A stretch of DNA of 61,896 nt, filler included, from Nemertoderma westbladi (GCA_032718475.1; 3 parts of 3 records of this genome joined end to end with filler, not necessarily neighbours in it), one strand, 5' to 3'; positions 24,492-38,362 are shown, counted from the whole stretch's first letter. Program-made: numbers and translations. Notes: generated by a model from the letters alone, not told the origin.

Positions 24492-25289
24492 TTAATTTTC
24501 TTTCTTTACTTCCAAATTTAATTGCAGTGCTTTGAAACTTCCACACAGAGTTATATAATACAGAAGGATAGTAAGAACTGCTGTCCATTCGCCGGCTGCA
24601 CTAATGTTACTGCACACCAACACCATAGGTCCGTAGTCGGGGTGGACGGGAGCGTAATCGGACAACACGTTCTTTACGATCTCAAAAGTTCCGTAAGTAA
24701 GGGCCCCGGATATCGATAGAACCAGAATGACAAACTTCGCGTAAAACGATTTGTAATTGGTTACGTGTAACCCGAGACGGGAGGAGAGATAAAGATCGCA
24801 AGCGTTGGCTACCTCCGCCGAGACAAAGAGAACAGCGGCGCCGGTTACATGAACCGGGCGGACGTTTTTATCCTGGAAAGACGAGAGAAGGAAAAGACCC
24901 GAGCTGCTTAAAAAAATACAAGTAAAATGAATGTTAATGAGGCGAGAATATTTGTTTGGAATCTCGCCCATTAGCATAGAAAGTTCCTTGTTTCGTATAT
25001 AACCGCTGATGATAATAAAAACAGCGACAAGGTTCATAGATGCAGTGAAGAAGCACATCTCCGGCGGGAAGGCCGCTGTGTCGCTGATGTAAGGGATAAA
25101 TTTACGGACATGTCCGAAATACACAGCCGCGGCGTAGGTGCCAAACACAGAAGTATACGCCAATATAATCATAAAAACAGGAAAGTATTCTAAATGGTGT
25201 ATAACGGTTTGAAGGGGAGGTGTTGTTTGGGGTTTATGTGACGAAACCGATGAACCGTTAACCTTCACCTGTAAGAACTCGGGCTTCAT
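24492..25289 (-). CDS. Frag1/DRAM/Sfk1 family protein, paralog 3
   Basis: GHV..FIPYISDTA..PPEMCFF, LSSFQ..NV..VH..GA...F and GEW. The first in-frame ATG is at 25289. Confidence 0.92.
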   Translation of the reverse strand: MKPEFLQVKVNGSSVSSHKPQTTPPLQTVIHHLEYFPVFMIILAYTSVFGTYAAAVYFGHVRKFIPYISDTAAFPPEMCFFTASMNLVAVFIIISGYIRNKELSMLMGEIPNKYSRLINIHFTCIFLSSSGLFLLSSFQDKNVRPVHVTGAAVLFVSAEVANACDLYLSSRLGLHVTNYKSFYAKFVILVLSISGALTYGTFEIVKNVLSDYAPVHPDYGPMVLVCSNISAAGEWTAVLTILLYYITLCGSFKALQLNLEVKKEN

Positions 25290-25899
25290 AATGCTGTTGG
25301 AATTCCCAAACAAATTATATATCAATCTTGAAATACCTACGGGTACGGGTATTTTTACTTAATGTTTAATAATTATTATATACACCCCTGTTATTGCTAT
25401 GCAATATGTGTATGTAAGTCAATAAAACAAGTAAAGAGATTATCTTTTAGAAAATTGTTGAATGACATTATAAATATGTTTGTTTATCTTTACGTTATTG
25501 TTTAAATTATTGAAATGATTGCGTTGTTCTAAGACCAACTAACAACACTCCATCACATTTATATTCTATCTGATACGGAATTGGCTGTGGTAAATGATGA
25601 CGTATGGAGGTTATTACTCCCAATGGCGTGTTCTGTGCTACCCTGGGATTGGTTGTGGTTCATCTTGTACAGTACACACCTCCCTGTCATCCAATGGAAT
25701 GAAGGTACATTCACGATACAATCCTATAATATCAGTTGCACAATTAATATGTCATTGTTTCTCAGTGTCTGAAGTCCAAAAATGGTTACTTTTTTAATGT
25801 GAATGAATGGATGTTATTTTGTTGATAGGTCATTGACCCTGTAAAATAGCCATGGATGAAGAATGAAATTTAATAGGAACATTAATAAATATAAACGGC

Positions 25900-26128
25900 G
25901 AGAGAAGGGATGGGGGTTCGCAAATCCCATCTCGGCGAAGCAATCTCGCCTCGATTTTAATTATCTATTAAGGGAAAGGAACAGGTTACAGTGGCACGTT
26001 ATTCTAACCAAAACAATAAGCCAAAGTCAATCGAACAGGGTACAGTTTTATTTTTTGAAGGTGATCAGCTGTTATTTGCGTCAATTTTCCGCTGGAATTG
26101 CGTCCAGAACCCCCCCCCCCCCCCCCCC
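25900..26128. mobile_element. Partial copy of the MITE at 10816-11068
   Basis: Shares agggaaagga.caggttacagtgg, taaccaaaacaataa, tacagttttattt and attgcgtccag followed by a C-tract. Confidence 0.65.
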
Positions 26129-28321
26129 ACTATTTGAATAAATATCATCTTATCGAAGGACATGAGATGCGGTAAGAGCCTGAGCACACGCAGGAGGTAC
26201 CACCTACCAGTATATATCATTAGTAGTAGTGTGGACGTGGACTATGTTTAACAGCTGATTGCTCCCAATAATAAAAGTGTAACATGTTCTATTGACTTTA
26301 CTTTACTTTTTGTTGGAAAAACGTGCCACTGTAACCTGCTCCTTCCCCTTTAATTGATATTTGATATTAATTCGCTGAGATAGGATTTGCGATCGGCTAC
26401 AACGACTTGAAAACATTTCCCAATAATTTTATTAATTAATTTTCAAATAGTATAAATAGCACTTATCTACGGCAAATATGTACTGCTAAAATCCCCCCCC
26501 CCCCCTCCCCCCCATATACGGCACATATGCCCTGCTACAATCCCTCCACACCCCCATCCAATCATTACACTCCCAAAAAACGTCACCCTTATTCTGCCTC
26601 TCTTTATTTGAACCAGATGGTTGTTGCCTAGCAACAACAGAATTGGAGAGGCTGACAGAAAATAAGTTTTGCATCCAGGGTATGCGAGTATATATTTAAG
26701 TTAGATATTGTTTGTGGGGCACCAATGTTTCGCTCAACACTTGAAATTTAATTAATGTAAAAATAATTTTTACCAGGTCGGAGACTCCACCGTACCGTTC
26801 CCATATTTTGTTTTTCAAATGTTATGAGATTTGGTATGATGATAGTTTGACACTGTTTCCTACTACTACTGGTGGCCTGTCCACTAATTATTAATTATTC
26901 GATTTATATCGCTACTAGGCCGTTTTCAATATATATATTTTGCAATACTACCTGACTTTAGTTTTCGTTTTTGGAATATAGATTTCATTAGAACAACCTC
27001 CATGAGTGTCGAAATGTGTTTTAAATGCATAACTAAAATGATAATCGATATTCTAGAATATAGTTCGAAAAATATCCGAATTTTGTCAATTTACGTCTTA
27101 AAATAAATACCTTAGAATTATGATAATATCTACGGACTTCGTGGTAAAATTGAAACAGTTTTTACATACGGAATTTGAATATTAAGACGGTTCTAAGGAT
27201 ATCTAAAATATATTCCATAAACAAAAAATAAAGCTGATGCAGGTGGTTAAAGTACAATATGCTAAATATACACTATTTAACTGTTTATTGTGGAGAAGAC
27301 CCGCAGTAAGAAAGAGTAAAGAACAACTAGACTGAGCTAAAACCATTGTTGCTTTTTCCTGAAGCAGTTGGTTAAGTAGTCATTCAGAAAATACCCTCAA
27401 AAATTTCACCGTGGAATATTTTTGCAGACTGCTAAACATGAAAATCAACGGAGACAATTTGCAGCGCTTCGGCTGTTATGTAATACTTGCCGGCTTTGCT
27501 TTGAAATGCTACGCGATCTTTGTATATCTGATGAAACTAGTTGACTGGTCCGTCTATTCACTGGCCAATCCCATTAATCCTATTCTTAAATGGGAAAGAA
27601 GTCGAACTGATGCCGTTCGTGGCGTATCCATAATTATAACTTCAGGGATAATGACTGTAGATAATTTAGGTTTATAAATTGTGTTTTAATGTTATTTTAA
27701 TTTATTTACTGAAGACATCCGTGAGGATGAAATGACCATATAAATAGAAACTGTTTTTGTTAACCGTGGCATTAGACCCTTTCTACAGTCATTATCCCTG
27801 AAGTTATAATCCTATTCTGGCGCAGTAAGTTTGTGCCGAGATGTCACAGTTGAGCACTGCATGTGAGAATTTGTCATGTGAAAGTGAAAGTAATTGACTT
27901 AGTGTAACACCTCACTGCATTAAAAGTCACAACTGGGAGAGACAGGTATCGTAGAACATTTACTTTCAGTATTATCTCGACTTTATGAACTTCGCTGACG
28001 CCCGGTAAATAAAATATCTCGAGAATGGTGAAAAAAGTTCTACTTGTACCAAGTAAAAAATAATTATACTGTATTTAATTTTAATTTAAATTTTGTACAC
28101 TTAAGTACAAGTAATGTTATTGGGTAATGATACATTTAGTGATTTCGGCCCTTATAGTCCAGCTATTGATAAGTCAGTACATTATAATTATTGACAATGC
28201 TGTAACAGCCAACTGACGACTTATTCAACAACTAATGACTAACTATAGCTTATATAATATATTGCAGAGGATGAAATTATGTGGGCGGAACCAACGTAAC
28301 ATATTTTAAAATTCCAGCATA

Positions 28322-30073
28322 ATGGCTATATCATTATTAATGTTTAAATCCTTGGTTATGATATCATTAATGTATGCATCCAGAGCAATGAGTGACGTTG
28401 AGGAAGATAGAGTAAACCAGCTCCCTGGATTCTCAGTGTTACAGTCTCCAAACTACTCTGGTTACCTAGCAACCGGTGACCAATCTTTTCTTCATTACTA
28501 CCTAGTTGAATCTGAAGGGACCCCCTCAATAGACCCATTGATTATCTGGTACAATGGAGGCCCTGGGCTCAGCTCAATGATTGGTCTATTCCATGGCAAT
28601 GGGCCATACCGCATCGATAAAAATGATCAACTAGTTCTCAACCCCCACCGATGGACTCAATTCGCGAGTTTGCTTTACATAGATGCGCCCCCTGGTGTGG
28701 GTTTCTCGTACCCACTTCGAGAAGAGAGCAACTCCGTCTTTTCAGACACAGAAACTGCAGCACTGAATGCAGAATCACTCGGAAGTTTCTTTCTGAAACA
28801 TCCACGTTTCCATGACAACAATATTTATTTTAGTGGGGAGAGTTTCGCGGGAAACTATCTTCCTGTACTTCTAAACGTTCTGCTCGACACGCGAGTGAAC
28901 TCCAACATCGCCATGGTAACTGAACAGCTCCCAGCTACGGCTAAATCATGGACATCTAACATAGAAGGGTTGTTGCTAGGCAACCCTGTATCCGATGACT
29001 ATACAATATGCGACAATGCGCTTGGGGACTTCGCTTATCATAACGGATTGATCGACTCGGAGGATTGGAAGGTTTGGAGGCGGTTGTGCCCCGGGCCAGA
29101 TTGTTATGATGCCTACCTCTGTATCAAAGCCAATACTAGAGGAATTAATGAGTACAACATAAACAAACCATGCGATAAACCTGAAGCTAGTTTTGATACA
29201 CAATACTTAATGTGGGAGAGAAATTACACAAGCAAAGCATTCAAAAACCATGATGAAGTATACAAATTATTTAAAGATAGTAATTACAGGCTTAATACAG
29301 ATTACTTGTTCGAAAAACATCCCGATGAACTTGAATCGGTAATTAATAACATGGAAGAAATGGATCTTAGGCATCACATTGTCAGAGCTGTAGAAAAAGC
29401 GTTGACAATGGAAGGTATTTACGACAAAGGTGATAATAAAGTGATCGAGGAAATGATTTTCGATTGGCCAGCATATCGATTAGTAGTGCCTTGCGTTGGA
29501 TTCGAACACATTCAGAGGTATATGTCGAGGCAAGATGTTAGACAGAGTCTAAACATACCGCCCTCACAGGGCCCCTGGTTTGAAGGGAATAAGTGGGTAA
29601 ATGTGCAGTTCAAAAGTGAGTGGTCGTCTATGGTTGAGTTCTACATGCCTTTGATTGAAAGGGGCTTGGTGATTGGCCACTACTGTGGTAATGCCGATAT
29701 AGCAGTGCCAATAGGAGCTTGTTGGGAGTTTATCCGATCTCTGGGCAGGAAGAAGTTGAGCAAGCAGCAGAGAATATTTCAAGACAAGCAGGTCATTGGT
29801 TTTGTGGATAAATGGGATGGTATACAATTGTTTATGATAAAGGGAGCCGGTCATATGACTGCCATTGACAAACCGAAAGAATTGCAGCTGATTGTTGAGT
29901 CGTTATTGGCTGGAAAGGATCTATCATTAGCTATTCCGAGTGCCTGTCCGCGTACCCAAACTAATTCTACTAACTCAGGAGACCAAGTTTCAGACTCAGC
30001 TTCCTCACCTTTATATTTCCATAGTCTGTCTTACCTATTAAGTGTTTTGCTTTGGCTGTTTTTTTTATACTAA
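28322..30073 (+). CDS. Serine carboxypeptidase, family S10 (cathepsin A-like), with a signal peptide and probable GPI anchor
   Basis: Motifs LPG...YSGYL, WYNGGPGLSS, YIDAPPGVGFSY, GESFAG (catalytic Ser), GNAD (Asp) and KGAGH (His). An S/T-rich spacer precedes a hydrophobic C-terminus. Confidence 0.95.
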   Translation: MAISLLMFKSLVMISLMYASRAMSDVEEDRVNQLPGFSVLQSPNYSGYLATGDQSFLHYYLVESEGTPSIDPLIIWYNGGPGLSSMIGLFHGNGPYRIDKNDQLVLNPHRWTQFASLLYIDAPPGVGFSYPLREESNSVFSDTETAALNAESLGSFFLKHPRFHDNNIYFSGESFAGNYLPVLLNVLLDTRVNSNIAMVTEQLPATAKSWTSNIEGLLLGNPVSDDYTICDNALGDFAYHNGLIDSEDWKVWRRLCPGPDCYDAYLCIKANTRGINEYNINKPCDKPEASFDTQYLMWERNYTSKAFKNHDEVYKLFKDSNYRLNTDYLFEKHPDELESVINNMEEMDLRHHIVRAVEKALTMEGIYDKGDNKVIEEMIFDWPAYRLVVPCVGFEHIQRYMSRQDVRQSLNIPPSQGPWFEGNKWVNVQFKSEWSSMVEFYMPLIERGLVIGHYCGNADIAVPIGACWEFIRSLGRKKLSKQQRIFQDKQVIGFVDKWDGIQLFMIKGAGHMTAIDKPKELQLIVESLLAGKDLSLAIPSACPRTQTNSTNSGDQVSDSASSPLYFHSLSYLLSVLLWLFFLY

Positions 30074-30225
30074 GTTGAAACACAGAAAAATAACAATACA
30101 GAAAAATATTAAACCAAAAATTGTATTTTTGCTTCCTGCTTTTGCTGCTTAAAAATAAATTATTAACTCCTATTTTAAAAATGAGTTCTACTTTACATAC
30201 CAGAGCTAGCCAATAACTCTAGAAT

Positions 30226-30325
30226 NNNNNNNNNNNNNNNNNNNNNNNNNNNNNNNNNNNNNNNNNNNNTTAATTAATTAANNNNNNNNNNNNNNNNNNN
30301 NNNNNNNNNNNNNNNNNNNNNNNNN
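30226..30325. other. Artificial contig linker / gap
   Basis: 44 N + TTAATTAATTAA (stops in all six frames) + 44 N. Confidence 0.97.
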
Positions 30326-31090
30326 TAGTAGTAGTAGTTGATTACTGTCTGGGTTAGAGTGAGATAGTAATAAATTTGGCAAGTAATATACTTCTCTGCA
30401 GTTTGGGCTTATCCATTCAATAAATAGTAGTAGCTTACTAGGCCCACATGAGTACCAGCAGCTGGTGTTTCTATCGTTGAGTTGATGGCAATTTTCGTAT
30501 TTTAATTTTCGCTTACTCATGGTACTGGTTTGAGGGGCAGGTTCGTTTAAAGCCAGCTTGCTGGCTTTCTAGTCTAGAATAATTATATCTTTCTTTGAGA
30601 AAATCATTCCATCCAAGTATAGCGGTTACCTGGTTACAGGCAGCTATTATACAACCATAATAAATATTTATTTCATTATAATGCTGCTGACATTGACAAT
30701 CACGATAGGCCGGATGCTTTAGCCGGAATTGTAATGACAGCGAGCAGCTGATTTAACCTAAAAGCATATATATGCTTCATGACACTCAATATTAGACCAA
30801 TTTAGCGTATGTCGAGGTTCTCTATCACTGGCCTCACCTATGTCGCTATTTGCTTTCAAATTTCGAATACTGCAGGAAATTGGAAAATTGTCCGATATAG
30901 ATAAACTGTAGTGCACCTTAAAACATGATATAAAAGTAATGATAATAATTTAATAAATTAATAACAATAAAAACGAAGACATTGCAATTAATAACAATAA
31001 AAACGAAGACATTGCAATTAATAATAGTAGGCCTATTAATAATATTACACTCGTAATTCTTATTTGTAAAATAATGTCTAAAGAACTTCA

Positions 31091-34000
31091 ATTAATATAG
31101 CCATTATCTGTCACCTGACACTATTAATATAGCCATTATCTGTCACCTGACACTATTAATATAGCCATTATCTGTCACCTGACGCTATTAATATAGCCAT
31201 TATCTGTCACCTGACACTATTAATATAGCCATTATCTGTCACCTGACACTATTAATATAGCCATTATCTGTCACCTGACACTATTAATATAGCCATTATC
31301 TGTCACCTGACACTATTAATATAGCCATTATCTGTCACCTGACACTATTAATATAGCCATTATCTGTCACCTGACACTATTAATATAGCCATTATCTGTC
31401 ACCTGACACTATTAATATAGCCATTATCTGTCACCTGACACTATTAATATAGCCATTATCTGTCACCTGACACTATTAATATAGCCATTATCTGTCACCT
31501 GACACTATTAATATAGCCATTATCTGTCACCTGACACTATTAATATAGCCATTATCTGTCACCTGACACTATTAATATAGCCATTATCTGTCACCTGACA
31601 CTATTAATATAGCCATTATCTGTCACCTGACACTATTAATATAGCCATTATCTGTCACCTGACACTATTAATATAGCCATTATCTGTCACCTGACACTAT
31701 TAATATAGCCATTATCTGTCACCTGACACTATTAATATAGCCATTATCTGTCACCTGACACTATTAATATAGCCATTATCTGTCACCTGACACTATTAAT
31801 ATAGCCATTATCTGTCACCTGACACTATTAATATAGCCATTATCTGTCACCTGACACTATTAATATAGCCATTATCTGTCACCTGACACTATTAATATAG
31901 CCATTATCTGTCACCTGACACTATTAATATAGCCATTATCTGTCACCTGACACTATTAATATAGCCATTATCTGTCACCTGACACTATTAATATAGCCAT
32001 TATCTGTCACCTGACACTATTAATATAGCCATTATCTGTCACCTGACACTATTAATATAGCCATTATCTGTCACCTGACACTATTAATATAGCCATTATC
32101 TGTCACCTGACACTATTAATATAGCCATTATCTGTCACCTGACACTATTAATATAGCCATTATCTGTCACCTGACACTATTAATATAGCCATTATCTGTC
32201 ACCTGACACTATTAATATAGCCATTATCTGTCACCTGACACTATTAATATAGCCATTATCTGTCACCTGACACTATTAATATAGCCATTATCTGTCACCT
32301 GACACTATTAATATAGCCATTATCTGTCACCTGACACTATTAATATAGCCATTATCTGTCACCTGACACTATTAATATAGCCATTATCTGTCACCTGACA
32401 CTATTAATATAGCCATTATCTGTCACCTGACACTATTAATATAGCCATTATCTGTCACCTGACACTATTAATATAGCCATTATCTGTCACCTGACACTAT
32501 TAATATAGCCATTATCTGTCACCTGACACTATTAATATAGCCATTATCTGTCACCTGACACTATTAATATAGCCATTATCTGTCACCTGACACTATTAAT
32601 ATAGCCATTATCTGTCACCTGACACTATTAATATAGCCATTATCTGTCACCTGACACTATTAATATAGCCATTATCTGTCACCTGACACTATTAATATAG
32701 CCATTATCTGTCACCTGACACTATTAATATAGCCATTATCTGTCACCTGACACTATTAATATAGCCATTATCTGTCACCTGACACTATTAATATAGCCAT
32801 TATCTGTCACCTGACACTATTAATATAGCCATTATCTGTCACCTGACACTATTAATATAGCCATTATCTGTCACCTGACACTATTAATATAGCCATTATC
32901 TGTCACCTGACACTATTAATATAGCCATTATCTGTCACCTGACACTATTAATATAGCCATTATCTGTCACCTGACACTATTAATATAGCCATTATCTGTC
33001 ACCTGACACTATTAATATAGCCATTATCTGTCACCTGACACTATTAATATAGCCATTATCTGTCACCTGACACTATTAATATAGCCATTATCTGTCACCT
33101 GACACTATTAATATAGCCATTATCTGTCACCTGACACTATTAATATAGCCATTATCTGTCACCTGACACTATTAATATAGCCATTATCTGTCACCTGACA
33201 CTATTAATATAGCCATTATCTGTCACCTGACACTATTAATATAGCCATTATCTGTCACCTGACACTATTAATATAGCCATTATCTGTCACCTGACACTAT
33301 TAATATAGCCATTATCTGTCACCTGACACTATTAATATAGCCATTATCTGTCACCTGACACTATTAATATAGCCATTATCTGTCACCTGACACTATTAAT
33401 ATAGCCATTATCTGTCACCTGACACTATTAATATAGCCATTATCTGTCACCTGACACTATTAATATAGCCATTATCTGTCACCTGACACTATTAATATAG
33501 CCATTATCTGTCACCTGACACTATTAATATAGCCATTATCTGTCACCTGACACTATTAATATAGCCATTATCTGTCACCTGACACTATTAATATAGCCAT
33601 TATCTGTCACCTGACACTATTAATATAGCCATTATCTGTCACCTGACACTATTAATATAGCCATTATCTGTCACCTGACACTATTAATATAGCCATTATC
33701 TGTCACCTGACACTATTAATATAGCCATTATCTGTCACCTGACACTATTAATATAGCCATTATCTGTCACCTGACACTATTAATATAGCCATTATCTGTC
33801 ACCTGACACTATTAATATAGCCATTATCTGTCACCTGACACTATTAATATAGCCATTATCTGTCACCTGACACTATTAATATAGCCATTATCTGTCACCT
33901 GACACTATTAATATAGCCATTATCTGTCACCTGACACTATTAATATAGCCATTATCTGTCACCTGACACTATTAATATAGCCATTATCTGTCACCTGACA

Positions 34001-37000
34001 CTATTAATATAGCCATTATCTGTCACCTGACACTATTAATATAGCCATTATCTGTCACCTGACACTATTAATATAGCCATTATCTGTCACCTGACACTAT
34101 TAATATAGCCATTATCTGTCACCTGACACTATTAATATAGCCATTATCTGTCACCTGACACTATTAATATAGCCATTATCTGTCACCTGACACTATTAAT
34201 ATAGCCATTATCTGTCACCTGACACTATTAATATAGCCATTATCTGTCACCTGACACTATTAATATAGCCATTATCTGTCACCTGACACTATTAATATAG
34301 CCATTATCTGTCACCTGACACTATTAATATAGCCATTATCTGTCACCTGACACTATTAATATAGCCATTATCTGTCACCTGACACTATTAATATAGCCAT
34401 TATCTGTCACCTGACACTATTAATATAGCCATTATCTGTCACCTGACACTATTAATATAGCCATTATCTGTCACCTGACACTATTAATATAGCCATTATC
34501 TGTCACCTGACACTATTAATATAGCCATTATCTGTCACCTGACACTATTAATATAGCCATTATCTGTCACCTGACACTATTAATATAGCCATTATCTGTC
34601 ACCTGACACTATTAATATAGCCATTATCTGTCACCTGACACTATTAATATAGCCATTATCTGTCACCTGACACTATTAATATAGCCATTATCTGTCACCT
34701 GACACTATTAATATAGCCATTATCTGTCACCTGACACTATTAATATAGCCATTATCTGTCACCTGACACTATTAATATAGCCATTATCTGTCACCTGACA
34801 CTATTAATATAGCCATTATCTGTCACCTGACACTATTAATATAGCCATTATCTGTCACCTGACACTATTAATATAGCCATTATCTGTCACCTGACACTAT
34901 TAATATAGCCATTATCTGTCACCTGACACTATTAATATAGCCATTATCTGTCACCTGACACTATTAATATAGCCATTATCTGTCACCTGACACTATTAAT
35001 ATAGCCATTATCTGTCACCTGACACTATTAATATAGCCATTATCTGTCACCTGACACTATTAATATAGCCATTATCTGTCACCTGACACTATTAATATAG
35101 CCATTATCTGTCACCTGACACTATTAATATAGCCATTATCTGTCACCTGACACTATTAATATAGCCATTATCTGTCACCTGACACTATTAATATAGCCAT
35201 TATCTGTCACCTGACACTATTAATATAGCCATTATCTGTCACCTGACACTATTAATATAGCCATTATCTGTCACCTGACACTATTAATATAGCCATTATC
35301 TGTCACCTGACACTATTAATATAGCCATTATCTGTCACCTGACACTATTAATATAGCCATTATCTGTCACCTGACACTATTAATATAGCCATTATCTGTC
35401 ACCTGACACTATTAATATAGCCATTATCTGTCACCTGACACTATTAATATAGCCATTATCTGTCACCTGACACTATTAATATAGCCATTATCTGTCACCT
35501 GACACTATTAATATAGCCATTATCTGTCACCTGACACTATTAATATAGCCATTATCTGTCACCTGACACTATTAATATAGCCATTATCTGTCACCTGACA
35601 CTATTAATATAGCCATTATCTGTCACCTGACACTATTAATATAGCCATTATCTGTCACCTGACACTATTAATATAGCCATTATCTGTCACCTGACACTAT
35701 TAATATAGCCATTATCTGTCACCTGACACTATTAATATAGCCATTATCTGTCACCTGACACTATTAATATAGCCATTATCTGTCACCTGACACTATTAAT
35801 ATAGCCATTATCTGTCACCTGACACTATTAATATAGCCATTATCTGTCACCTGACACTATTAATATAGCCATTATCTGTCACCTGACACTATTAATATAG
35901 CCATTATCTGTCACCTGACACTATTAATATAGCCATTATCTGTCACCTGACACTATTAATATAGCCATTATCTGTCACCTGACACTATTAATATAGCCAT
36001 TATCTGTCACCTGACACTATTAATATAGCCATTATCTGTCACCTGACACTATTAATATAGCCATTATCTGTCACCTGACACTATTAATATAGCCATTATC
36101 TGTCACCTGACACTATTAATATAGCCATTATCTGTCACCTGACACTATTAATATAGCCATTATCTGTCACCTGACACTATTAATATAGCCATTATCTGTC
36201 ACCTGACACTATTAATATAGCCATTATCTGTCACCTGACACTATTAATATAGCCATTATCTGTCACCTGACACTATTAATATAGCCATTATCTGTCACCT
36301 GACACTATTAATATAGCCATTATCTGTCACCTGACACTATTAATATAGCCATTATCTGTCACCTGACACTATTAATATAGCCATTATCTGTCACCTGACA
36401 CTATTAATATAGCCATTATCTGTCACCTGACACTATTAATATAGCCATTATCTGTCACCTGACACTATTAATATAGCCATTATCTGTCACCTGACACTAT
36501 TAATATAGCCATTATCTGTCACCTGACACTATTAATATAGCCATTATCTGTCACCTGACACTATTAATATAGCCATTATCTGTCACCTGACACTATTAAT
36601 ATAGCCATTATCTGTCACCTGACACTATTAATATAGCCATTATCTGTCACCTGACACTATTAATATAGCCATTATCTGTCACCTGACACTATTAATATAG
36701 CCATTATCTGTCACCTGACACTATTAATATAGCCATTATCTGTCACCTGACACTATTAATATAGCCATTATCTGTCACCTGACACTATTAATATAGCCAT
36801 TATCTGTCACCTGACACTATTAATATAGCCATTATCTGTCACCTGACACTATTAATATAGCCATTATCTGTCACCTGACGCTATTAATATAGCCATTATC
36901 TGTCACCTGACACTATTAATATAGCCATTATCTGTCACCTGACACTATTAATATAGCCATTATCTGTCACCTGACACTATTAATATAGCCATTATCTGTC

Positions 37001-38294
37001 ACCTGACACTATTAATATAGCCATTATCTGTCACCTGACGCTATTAATATAGCCATTATCTGTCACCTAACACTATTAATATAGCCATTATCTGTCACCT
37101 GACACTATTAATATAGCCATTATCTGTCACCTGACACTATTAATATAGCCATTATCTGTCACCTGACGCTATTAATATAGCCATTATCTGTCACCTAACA
37201 CTATTAATATAGCCATTATCTGTCACCTAACACTATTAATATAGCCATTATCTGTCACCTGACACTATTAATATAGCCATTATCTGTCACCTGACGCTAT
37301 TAATATAGCCATTATCTGTCACCTGACACTATTAATATAGCCATTATCTGTCACCTGACACTATTAATATAGCCATTATCTGTCACCTGACGCTATTAAT
37401 ATAGCCATTATCTGTCACCTGACACTATTAATATAGCCATTATCTGTCACCTGACGCTATTAATATAGCCATTATCTGTCACCTAACACTATTAATATAG
37501 CCATTATCTGTCACCTGACGCTATTAATATAGCCATTATCTGTCACCTGACACTATTAATATAGCCATTATCTGTCACCTGACGCTATTAATATAGCCAT
37601 TATCTGTCACCTGACACTATTAATATAGCCATTATCTGTCACCTGACGCTATTAATATAGCCATTATCTGTCACCTGACACTATTAATATAGCCATTATC
37701 TGTCACCTGACACTATTAATATAGCCATTATCTGTCACCTGACACTATTAATATAGCCATTATCTGTCACCTAACACTATTAATATAGCCATTATCTGTC
37801 ACCTGACACTATTAATATAGCCATTATCTGTCACCTGACACTATTAATATAGCCATTATCTGTCACCTGACACTATTAATATAGCCATTATCTGTCACCT
37901 GACACTATTAATATAGCCATTATCTGTCACCTGATACTATTAATATAGCCATTATCTGTCACCTGACACTATTAATATAGCCATTATCTGTCACCTGACA
38001 CTATTAATATAGCCATTATCTGTCACCTGACACTATTAATATAGCCATTATCTGTCACCTGACACTATTAATATAGCCATTATCTGTCACCTGACACTAT
38101 TAATATAGCCATTATCTGTCACCTGATACTATTAATATAGCCATTATCTGTCACCTGACACTATTAATATAGCCATTATCTGTCACCTGACACTATTAAT
38201 ATAGCCATTATCTGTCACCTGACACTATTAATATAGCCATTATCTGTCACCTGATACTATTAATATAGCCATTATCTGTCACCTGACACTATTA
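31091..38294 (+). repeat. 32-bp satellite, about 225 copies, nearly homogeneous
   Basis: Unit ctattaatatagccattatctgtcacctgaca, with no spacers. Variants are concentrated after about 36880. Confidence 0.99.
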
Positions 38295-38362
38295 TACTCT
38301 ATTCGTTTATTCTACTGTATAAGTTTCTCGTTTTTGAATCTCACCAACTTACCACCACCGCA

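Noticed and set aside
25581-25797. Short overlapping ORFs with repeated GIGCG
   Set aside because: No recognisable domain or splice structure; not supportable as a gene.
30270-30281. TTAATTAATTAA as a biological motif (also at 58703-58714)
   Set aside because: It is centred in symmetric 44-N runs, so it is an artificial linker. ORFs ending there are artefactually terminated.
31091-38294. 32-bp repeat with an internal inverted repeat as a CRISPR array
   Set aside because: The units are contiguous with no unique spacers, there are no cas genes, and the context is eukaryotic.
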